NCBI GenBank assembly: GCA_963820525.1
Contig: CAWGAA010000001.1
Span: 2,176,001-2,240,000, forward strand
Reading direction: 5' to 3'
DNA length: 64,000 nucleotides
Source: an uncultured Spirochaetota bacterium
GTDB taxonomy: Bacteria > Spirochaetota > Spirochaetia > SZUA-6 > Fen-1364
Shown here: positions 56,805-64,000 of the stretch, piece after piece
Layout of the letters: each line of letters opens with the position of its first letter
Numbering within the stretch: position 1 is the stretch's first letter
Notes under the pieces: model-generated
Told to the model about the DNA's origin: nothing
Seen by the model: only the letters and a program-made list of their open reading frames with translations
Database searches by the model: none
Translations under genes and position numbers: made by a program

Positions 56805-57967
56805 AGGGCGGCAGGAAGCACAACCTCATCCTCATCAGCCTTACTCTCTTCCTGCTCTTTCTCGTATTCATCCTAGCCCGGCCGCCGAAGGAGACGCGGC
56901 CCGCCGAAAGCGAGCCGCAGGCGCGCGCTACCACCTTCTCCGCGGAGGGCGGCGGCGCCAAAGCGGTCTACCTCGTCATGAAGAGGTTCCTCCCTTCGGT
57001 GGAGCGCTGGGTGAGGCCCCTGGAGCTCCTCAAGCCTCCGCAGGATTCCAACCCGACGAGCCTGCTCGTCATGGAACCGGAAAAGGCCATGACGAAGGCG
57101 GAGGCGGACGCTCTCGACATATGGGTGAAGAGCGGAGGGCAGCTGATCATCGCCATGAACGGGCCCTGGACCACGAGCGGCGAAGAATCGCAAAGCGAGG
57201 GCGACTACCTGGCGGGACATGGATTCATCTTCTCGAGAATACACACGGCGGACACGGCATCCCTGGTGGAGGCGCGCGGGACTCTGGGGACGATCCTCAT
57301 GCACGGCGCGTCGCTCGTGAAGGGCGGATATCACGTCATTCTCAAGACCGCCCGGGGAATCGCAGCCGGGGAAAGAAAAATCGGCAAGGGGAAGATCATC
57401 CTCATAGCGGACGGAAGCGCCTGGTCGAACGACATGCTCTCCCGCAGCTCCAACGCCGCCTGGCTCGTGCTGACTGCCCTGGCATGGGACAACGGAAGGC
57501 TCCTTGTGGACGAATACCATCAGGGCTTTGTCGGGGGCAGCCGCGGCACCCTCTCCCTCATCCTCTCGTTCCTGGGTTCCTTCTGGGGTGCAGCCTTCAT
57601 CCAGCTGGCGGCGGCGGGAGCCCTGTTTCTCGCTATGAGGGCGCGGCGATTCGGACCCCTGATCGATCTTCCCCCAAGCCGGGCGCGGGGCCCTCTGGCG
57701 CGGGTCAATGGGATCGGCGCCCTCCTGGAAGCCGCCGGCGCCCGAAGCTTCGCGGCGCAGGCGGTGTGGCAGCTCACGCTCCTGCGCCTGGCGCGGCATC
57801 GGCGCGGTGCCGTCGGCTCCGAGGAGCCCGACGACGCTGCCTGTTCCGCCCTTGTTCAACGCGGGGTCCAGGGGGGCCGTCTCAGCGAGAGCGAGTTCCT
57901 CCAGGTGGCCCGAAGATCCGCAGAGCTTTCCAAGGAGCATGGACATGAAGGACATGGACATCAGTAA
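56801..57967 (+). CDS. DUF4350 domain protein
   Basis: TM; G.KAVY, WVKSGG.LII, GKG.II, WSN, VDEYHQG, RRFGP. Confidence 0.75.
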   Translation: MKGGRKHNLILISLTLFLLFLVFILARPPKETRPAESEPQARATTFSAEGGGAKAVYLVMKRFLPSVERWVRPLELLKPPQDSNPTSLLVMEPEKAMTKAEADALDIWVKSGGQLIIAMNGPWTTSGEESQSEGDYLAGHGFIFSRIHTADTASLVEARGTLGTILMHGASLVKGGYHVILKTARGIAAGERKIGKGKIILIADGSAWSNDMLSRSSNAAWLVLTALAWDNGRLLVDEYHQGFVGGSRGTLSLILSFLGSFWGAAFIQLAAAGALFLAMRARRFGPLIDLPPSRARGPLARVNGIGALLEAAGARSFAAQAVWQLTLLRLARHRRGAVGSEEPDDAACSALVQRGVQGGRLSESEFLQVARRSAELSKEHGHEGHGHQ

Positions 57968-58910
57968 GGCAACGGCCGTTGTGACGGCCATCCGGGAAGA
58001 AATGGCCAGGGTCGTCATCGGCCAGGAGGGCGTGATAGAGGAGCTGCTCACCGCATTCGTCGCCGGCGGCCACGTCCTCCTGGAGGGGGTTCCCGGACTG
58101 GCGAAGACTCTCGCCGTCCGCTGCCTGGCTTCCGCCATCGATTGCGCATATTCCCGGATCCAGTTCACGCCGGATCTCATGCCGGCCGACATCACGGGAG
58201 TGAACGTCTTCGACAACCGCACCATGGAGTTCTCCTTCAGGAAGGGGCCCCTGTTCGCGGACGTGGTCCTTGCAGACGAGATCAACCGCGCCCCCGCAAA
58301 GACCCAGGCGGCCCTCCTGGAGGCAATGCAGGAGAAGCAGGTGACCGTTGACGGCGCCGATCACGGCATGTCGGAGCTGTTCACGGTCGTGGCCACGCAG
58401 AACCCGATCGAGTATGAAGGAACCTATCCGCTTCCCGAGGCCGAGCTCGACCGGTTCCTGATGAAGATCCTCGTCGGCTATCCCTCGAAGGACGCGGAAG
58501 TGGCGATCGTGGCGGCCATGAATGCCCTCGGTGAAAAAGCGCACGCGCCCCACCGGACCATCTCCACGTGCGCACGCGCCAGGGATATCGAGGCGATCCG
58601 CCGGCTCGTCCACGGGGTCGAGGTGGACCAGAGCGTGATGCGCTATATCGTTGAGATCGTGCAGCAGTCCCGCGGGCTTGCGAGCCTGGCCCTCGGGGCG
58701 AGCCCGAGGGCGGCGGTGATGATGCTCCAGGCCGCAAAGGCCCTTGCCCTTCTCCATGGAAACCAGTTCGTGAGGCCCGATGAGGTCCAGGCCGTCGCCT
58801 TCCCCGTGCTCCGCCACCGCCTGACGCTCACCCCCGAGGCGCAGATCGAGGGCCTGACCCCTGATGGGTGCATCGCCGAGCTCCTCAAAGCGGTGCCCGT
58901 CCCCCGATGA
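57945..58910 (+). CDS. moxR: MoxR family AAA+ ATPase
   Basis: GHVLLEGVPGLAKT, RIQFTPDLMPAD, ADEINRAPAKTQAALLEAM, ATQNPIE, GASPR; start chosen by the AAGGAG RBS. Confidence 0.95.
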   Translation: MKDMDISKATAVVTAIREEMARVVIGQEGVIEELLTAFVAGGHVLLEGVPGLAKTLAVRCLASAIDCAYSRIQFTPDLMPADITGVNVFDNRTMEFSFRKGPLFADVVLADEINRAPAKTQAALLEAMQEKQVTVDGADHGMSELFTVVATQNPIEYEGTYPLPEAELDRFLMKILVGYPSKDAEVAIVAAMNALGEKAHAPHRTISTCARARDIEAIRRLVHGVEVDQSVMRYIVEIVQQSRGLASLALGASPRAAVMMLQAAKALALLHGNQFVRPDEVQAVAFPVLRHRLTLTPEAQIEGLTPDGCIAELLKAVPVPR

Positions 58911-60223
58911 GCGTCCTGCCCGCTCCGCGATTGGCGATTCTTGTCGCCGCAGCCTCTCCCCTGTGGCTGCTCGTGGCCCTTGATCCGCGAGCCCTGCCCG
59001 TCCCCGTGGCGTGCCTCGCCGCCATCCTCCTCGCGGCGGCGGTGAGCTTCCTCCGCACGCCCGGCCCCGGGCGCCTGTCCATCCGGCGCACTCTTCCCGT
59101 CCGCTTCTCCATGAAGGCGGAGCACGAGATCCTGCTCTCCGTCATGAACCGCTCCCGCAGGCGCATCGCCGTGGAGCTTCGCGATGACGTGCCGCAAACC
59201 CTTGAGGTCGTTTCCCCCATCCCGCCCTTCATTCTGGAGGCCGGCGGCACGACGGTTCTCCCCTACAGGGTCAAACCGCTTCAGCGGGGAGCCGTCCTGT
59301 TCCACAAGGTATTTCTCCGCGTGAGCCAGGGCGGCGATCTGGTCCGGCGCCAGTTCGCCTTGGAGGTGGAGTCTCGGGGCAAGGTGTATCCCTGCTTCGT
59401 CGGGGTGGACCAGTACAACCTCCTCGCGGTGAAGGACAGGAGGGAAGAGTCGGTGAGATCTCCGCGCTCCTCCAAAGGGCAGGGAACGGATTTCGACAGC
59501 CTCCGGTCCTACAGTCCCGGGGACGACCCGCGGAGAATCGATTGGAAGATCTCGGCGAAGCGCGGCTTCCTGGTCAGCAGGAACCTCCAGGTGGAGAGGG
59601 GACAGCAGATCGCCGTCCTCATCGACGCCGGACGCTTCATGGCGGAGCCCCTGGGAGAGCGGACACGCTTCGAGCACGCCGTGGACGCGGCGGTGATGCT
59701 CGCCGCGGTCGCGCAGAAGCGGGGAGACTCGGTTTCCCTGGCGTGCTTTTCAAACCGAATCGAATCGTTTCTCCCGCCGGTCAAAGGCCAGCGCGTCGTC
59801 CCGCGGGTCCTGGAAGCCCTTGCCGACGTGAAGCCCCGGGCAGTCGAATCGGACTACTGGCATGCTTTCGCCAACATCCTCTCCCGCCTGCGGAAGCGCA
59901 GCCTCATCGTTCTGTTGAGCGAGGTCCTGGACCGTGCCGGAAGCTCGGGGCTCGTGAACAACCTGGCGCGTTCCGCCGGCAAGCACCTGATCCTCGTCGT
60001 CGTGCTGGTTGACGAGGCGCTGAGGCAGGCGGCGGAAGAGATGCCGGCCGACCTCCGCCAGGGGTACCGCAAGGCCGCGGCGAGCCATGTCGCGCTGGAG
60101 AGGGCCATGGCCTTGGATGACATGCGCGCCAAAGGGATCCTCGTGCTCGAGACGGAGCCGCGGCATCTCAGCATCCGGCTCATCGAGAGATACCTGGATA
60201 TCAGAAAAACGAACCTTCTCTGA
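58907..60223 (+). CDS. DUF58 (vWA-like) domain protein
   Basis: GTDFDSLRSY.PGDD.RRIDWK.SA, IDAGRFM; ATGA overlap with moxR. Confidence 0.9.
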   Translation: MSVLPAPRLAILVAAASPLWLLVALDPRALPVPVACLAAILLAAAVSFLRTPGPGRLSIRRTLPVRFSMKAEHEILLSVMNRSRRRIAVELRDDVPQTLEVVSPIPPFILEAGGTTVLPYRVKPLQRGAVLFHKVFLRVSQGGDLVRRQFALEVESRGKVYPCFVGVDQYNLLAVKDRREESVRSPRSSKGQGTDFDSLRSYSPGDDPRRIDWKISAKRGFLVSRNLQVERGQQIAVLIDAGRFMAEPLGERTRFEHAVDAAVMLAAVAQKRGDSVSLACFSNRIESFLPPVKGQRVVPRVLEALADVKPRAVESDYWHAFANILSRLRKRSLIVLLSEVLDRAGSSGLVNNLARSAGKHLILVVVLVDEALRQAAEEMPADLRQGYRKAAASHVALERAMALDDMRAKGILVLETEPRHLSIRLIERYLDIRKTNLL

Positions 60224-60233
60224 GGGACGGGGT

Positions 60234-62036
60234 ATGGAAGAAAGGGTCCGCATCGCCACAGCGGAAAGCGTGGAGCTGGATTTCGAGCTTGCCGGCCCCG
60301 GCTCGCGTTTTCTCGCGCTCCTGGTGGACACGCTGATTTCAGCCGCGATGATCCTCCTCGCCATCATCGCGATACTCGTGACCGTTTCCGCCGCGTGGGG
60401 GAAGATCCCCGATGCCGTGGCATCGATCGGCGCCAGCCTCTCCATCATCTCCTCCTTCCTGATCCGCTGGGGATACTTCCTGTTCTTCGAGACCCGCTTG
60501 AGCGGCCAGACGCCGGGAAAGAGGCTGCTCGGGCTCCGAGTCATTCGGGATGACGGGCTTCCCATAGGGCTTCGGCGCTCCCTGATCAGAAACCTCCTGC
60601 GCGTGGTGGATATGCTTCCCCCTCCCCTGTACCTGGTGGGCGGAATCAGCGTCCTCGCCACGCGCCGGGGCCAGCGGCTGGGAGACATCGCCGCCGGGAC
60701 CATCGTCATCCGCGAGCGGTTCCGCAAGGCCAGGAAAGAGGGCGCCGGAAGCGGCCGTGCCGCCGGCTGGGTTGCCAAGCTGGAACAGGGGCTCTCCCAG
60801 TATGCCGTGGTGGTTCCCAGCGGCACAATCGATATCCGGCGGATCGCCCTGATCGAGGAATACTTCAAGCGGCTGCCCGCGCTCGGCCCCGAGGGGAGGT
60901 TCGATCTCTCCTGGCGCATCGCGCAGCCCCTGCTGGGCCTCTTCGACGCGAAGGCGGAGGAATGGGAAGGGGCGCCGGACAGGCTGCCCCGCTGCGAGTC
61001 GCTTCTGCGCGATATCCTCAACCGGGCGGGCGGCGCCGCAGGCGACCACGAACAGAAGGAGTCAGGCGGAGGCAACGCGGAAAAGAAAGCCCGAACATGG
61101 GCCACCTTCAGGCAGCGAACGGAGAAGCTCCTGGGCTCGCGCAAGCGGGAACTGCGCCGCCTGTCCGCCTCGGACATGAAGAGCCTCCTGGTAGACTACC
61201 GCCGCATCACCACGGACCTGGCGCGGGCGCAATCGATGGGAGCCGACCGCGACACTCTCGCGACGCTGGGCAGGATGGCGACCGGCGGGCACTCCGTGAT
61301 CTATGGATTCCTCCCGGGATCACGGCGCCGGCGCCTGCGTGACTGGCCGTCCGCCTTTGCCCGCGAGGTTCGCCGGGGCCTGTGGGCCGTGCTCCTCTCC
61401 GCGGCGCTTTTCTTCCTCCCGGCGGTCATCAGCGCCGTCGCGGTCCGCTGGGATCCCCATCTCGCCTACGATCTTGTCGGGCCCGAGTTCTACGATTTCG
61501 AGCCGGCGGACCCCGAATCGCTTCATCGCATACCCCAGCTCATGCGGCCCGTGGCCGCTTCCGCGATCATGACCAGCAACCTCCAGGTGGCGCTCCTCGC
61601 CTTCGCTTTCGGGCTGACGGCGGGGGCGGGCACGGCGTACCTCCTCGTCTCAAATGGGATCAACCTGGGGGCCGTTGCCGCCTGGTTCGGCGTGAATGGA
61701 AACGCGCGCGCCCTCTGGGGATGGATCATGCCCCACGGCGCGACGGAGATCATGGCGATCATCATTGCCGGGGCGGCGGGCTTCCTCATCGCCGGCGGGC
61801 TGCTCGCCCCGGGCCGTCTGAAGCGGTCCGCGGCGTTGAAGCTGGCCGCCGGGAGGGCCCTCGTCCTCGAGCTCGGCTGCATGGCGATGCTCGTGGTGGC
61901 GGGACTCATCGAGGGCTTCGTCTCGCCCAGCCTCATCCCGTACGCTCTTCGCCTGGCCATCATGGCGGTGAGCGTGGCTGGGTGGATCGCGTACTTTGCC
62001 GCGGCGGGAACGAGAGCCCCCCCGTTACAGCTTTGA
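60234..62036 (+). CDS. RDD domain fused to a stage II sporulation protein M (DUF95) domain
   Basis: N-terminal LAGPGSRFLALLVD, GQTPGKR, QRLGDIAAGT; C-terminal YR..TDLA, NLQVA, NGINLG, PHGATE, AGLIEGFVS. Confidence 0.88.
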   Translation: MEERVRIATAESVELDFELAGPGSRFLALLVDTLISAAMILLAIIAILVTVSAAWGKIPDAVASIGASLSIISSFLIRWGYFLFFETRLSGQTPGKRLLGLRVIRDDGLPIGLRRSLIRNLLRVVDMLPPPLYLVGGISVLATRRGQRLGDIAAGTIVIRERFRKARKEGAGSGRAAGWVAKLEQGLSQYAVVVPSGTIDIRRIALIEEYFKRLPALGPEGRFDLSWRIAQPLLGLFDAKAEEWEGAPDRLPRCESLLRDILNRAGGAAGDHEQKESGGGNAEKKARTWATFRQRTEKLLGSRKRELRRLSASDMKSLLVDYRRITTDLARAQSMGADRDTLATLGRMATGGHSVIYGFLPGSRRRRLRDWPSAFAREVRRGLWAVLLSAALFFLPAVISAVAVRWDPHLAYDLVGPEFYDFEPADPESLHRIPQLMRPVAASAIMTSNLQVALLAFAFGLTAGAGTAYLLVSNGINLGAVAAWFGVNGNARALWGWIMPHGATEIMAIIIAGAAGFLIAGGLLAPGRLKRSAALKLAAGRALVLELGCMAMLVVAGLIEGFVSPSLIPYALRLAIMAVSVAGWIAYFAAAGTRAPPLQL

Positions 62037-63161
62037 GGCGCCTGGCTCGCCGAGCTCCGACAGGCGGCCAAGGCCGAAGAGCTCCGTCTCCTCCTCCCGC
62101 GCGTCCGTGAAGGTCCGCTTGATATCGAAGATTTCATCGGAGACGGAGAAAAAGGCGTCGCTCACCTCAGGGTGGAAGTGGCGCTCCCTGCCTTCCCGGA
62201 TGATGGCGAAGGCCCTTTCAGAGGGGAACGGCTCCTTGTACGGTCGTTTCGACGTGAGGGCGTCGAACACGTCCGCGATGGCCGTGATATAGCCCGCCAG
62301 CGGGACCGCGGTCTTGGACAGGCCCCGGGGATACCCGTTTCCGTCCCACCGTTCGTGGTGGGTAAGGGCGATCACCTCGCCGAGCTTCAGGAAGCCCTCG
62401 GTGGATCCATGGAGGATCTGGGCGCCGATGGTTGTGTGCATCCGCATGATGTCCATCTCGTGAGGATCCAGCCTCGCCGGTTTCAGCAGGATGCGGTCGG
62501 GGATTCCGATCTTGCCCACGTCGTGCATGGGCGCGGCGTAGAGGATGGCATCCACGGTGCGCTCGCTCAAGCCCAGTTTCCGCGCAACGGCCGCGCAGTA
62601 GTGGCTCATCCGCTTGAGATGAACTCCCGTGTCCTCGTCGCGGAACTCGGCCGCCCGGGCAAGGCGGTAGACCATCTCCAGGGAATAGCCGCGCAGCCGC
62701 GCGTGGGTTTCCTGGAGCTGGCGGGTGCGCCGCTCCACCTCGGCCTCCAGCTCCTTCTGGTAGCGCCTGCGCTGCTCATTGTACGCCTTCACTTTCAGGA
62801 GCGAGCCGATGCGGGCCTGGAGCTCCACCCGCTCGAAAGGCTTTGTGAGGAAATCGTCTGCGCCGGCCTGAAAGGCATGCACCTTGTCGTCGAGGTCCCG
62901 CAGGCCGGTGATCATGATCACGGGAATGATCCGCGTCTCCTCCGAGGCCTTCAGCACGCGCGTGGCTTCCAGTCCCCCCATGCGCGGCATCAGGGCATCC
63001 ATCAGGACGAGATCGGGAGGGGAGATCCTCACTTTCTCCAGGGCTTCCACCCCGTCGGCGGCGAGAAGCACATCATATCCCAGAGGCGCGAGGAGCGCCT
63101 TCATCAGCCTTCTGTTGGGCTCCTCGTCGTCCACAACCAGGACGGTCGCTTTATTCGCCAT
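62025..63161 (-). CDS. Response regulator with an HD-GYP c-di-GMP phosphodiesterase domain (RpfG-like)
   Basis: Start MANKATVLVVDD; DLVLMD, KPF; APMHDVGKIG, HHERWDGNGYP, ADVFDAL, RPYK. Confidence 0.93.
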   Translation of the reverse strand: MANKATVLVVDDEEPNRRLMKALLAPLGYDVLLAADGVEALEKVRISPPDLVLMDALMPRMGGLEATRVLKASEETRIIPVIMITGLRDLDDKVHAFQAGADDFLTKPFERVELQARIGSLLKVKAYNEQRRRYQKELEAEVERRTRQLQETHARLRGYSLEMVYRLARAAEFRDEDTGVHLKRMSHYCAAVARKLGLSERTVDAILYAAPMHDVGKIGIPDRILLKPARLDPHEMDIMRMHTTIGAQILHGSTEGFLKLGEVIALTHHERWDGNGYPRGLSKTAVPLAGYITAIADVFDALTSKRPYKEPFPSERAFAIIREGRERHFHPEVSDAFFSVSDEIFDIKRTFTDAREEETELFGLGRLSELGEPGASKL

Positions 63162-63476
63162 TCCACCCCCCGTTGGAAAGGTCAGTCGAAACCGCAACAA
63201 GCCATCCCATGAGCGACAATGAGACCGCCGTCAGCAACCTGCCGGTATCGGGGCCTTTGGGGGATGGCAGGGGGTTCGTCCGCGTCCCATTATAGGAAAG
63301 CCCGGGGTGTAAAATCAAGGTGCCGGCGGCGCTGCTGGACAGGTGACATCCCCTCACGGCCCGCGGCCGATGTTGACAGAAAGGCAAAAGCGCTATAAAC
63401 GATACGCAGCGCGCGGCGGGAAACCGTGGACGCCCGCAGGCGTCGCAGAGACGATGACGAGGATGGAGGGTCGGTA

Positions 63477-63650
63477 ATGCCGCTTCAGAAGGAGTTTCTC
63501 AAGGACCAGCCCGGCGACACCACGCCGGAAAGCAGGAACAAGCAGCTCTCTTCAGCGCTCGTTTCCGGCCCCTTCGCTCAGAAGAGAATCATGCTGATCG
63601 AAAAGGTTGAAGAGGGAGAACCGGGCTGGACGATATACTTCCACGGCTGA
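63477..63650 (+). CDS. Small hypothetical protein (57 aa)
   Basis: GGAGGG RBS before the ATG; upstream TTGACA box at 63373; protein-like composition. Confidence 0.55.
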   Translation: MPLQKEFLKDQPGDTTPESRNKQLSSALVSGPFAQKRIMLIEKVEEGEPGWTIYFHG

Positions 63651-63682
63651 TCCCGCCGCGCCATCGGACGGCGATTCTAACA

Positions 63683-64000
63683 TCATCTATCTAGATAGTG
63701 ATCGCGTTTCCCGGGATTCCCACCGCATGATTCGCGCACGATCAGCTCGGTGGGAAGGTACACCCGTGCCGGATCGGGGTGCTCGCCGCATACAAGCTTG
63801 ATGAGCATTTCTCCCGCTACACGCCCGAAGTCGCGCGCGGGAACGCGGACGGTGGTGAGCGCCGGGCTCATGAAACGCGCCGAGGGAATGTCGTCGATGC
63901 TCGCAAGAGCGACATCCTCGGGGATTCGAAGCCCGCGCTCCCTCAATGCCGCAACCGCGCCGATCGCAACCGTATCGTTGCCGGCGAAGATCGCGGTCGG
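63683..64000 (-). CDS. LacI-family transcriptional regulator, C-terminal part (5' end outside the window)
   Basis: PTAIFAGNDTVAIG, GLRIPEDVA, DDI, PALTTV, LIVRES. Confidence 0.9.
   Translation of the reverse strand, partial: PTAIFAGNDTVAIGAVAALRERGLRIPEDVALASIDDIPSARFMSPALTTVRVPARDFGRVAGEMLIKLVCGEHPDPARVYLPTELIVRESCGGNPGKRDHYLDR

Noticed and set aside
57938..57962. Short GGACATG tandem repeats at the moxR start
   Set aside because: These are only three imperfect units within overlapping coding sequence; they are not a CRISPR or a convincing contingency repeat.
1..64000. Mobile elements, CRISPR arrays, tRNA/rRNA genes
   Set aside because: I recognised no transposase/integrase motifs, regularly spaced repeats or structural RNA signatures by eye. 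A covariance-model scan would be needed to exclude small RNAs.

Overview
This is high-GC bacterial DNA. The host is unassigned; the porin-like, lipoprotein and SLBB export proteins are loosely Spirochaetota-like, which is inference only. About 41 kb (1-41316) is one large Wzx/Wzy-type surface/exopolysaccharide locus. Its minus-strand arm (<1-34358) is tightly coupled: a priming sugar transferase with a degenerate GGDEF-like N-terminus, a Gfo/Idh/MocA + acetyltransferase + DegT trio, five GT4s, wzx, wzy, a CapA family protein, two PaaK-like adenylating ligases, three deacetylase-like domains, a heparinase II/III protein, asnB, wecB, a GDP-mannose/UDP-glucose dehydrogenase and a secreted beta-helix protein with its own sigma54 promoter. 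A VpsT/CsgD-like LuxR gene follows, then a divergent plus-strand export arm (Wzz/GumC-like, FN3 lipoprotein, beta-barrel, nucleotide-sugar dehydrogenase, SLBB exporter). The most striking feature is a co-transcribed cassette inside the polysaccharide operon: hemA, an ANL ligase and a hemB whose substrate-binding motifs are altered, with no hemL/hemC/hemD in the window. It is a candidate pathway for decorating the glycan with an aminolevulinate/pyrrole-derived group. The rest of the window holds a GH5, a VOC dioxygenase + esterase pair, an AT-rich porin/lipoprotein islet beside a dehydrogenase remnant, rlmN, an FNR-like reductase, a degenerate aldolase/FGGY kinase pair, a serine protease, a MoxR-DUF58-RDD/SpoIIM operon, an HD-GYP response regulator and a partial LacI gene. 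No rRNA, tRNA, CRISPR array or transposase was recognised. All family calls come from motif recognition by eye, not database searches.
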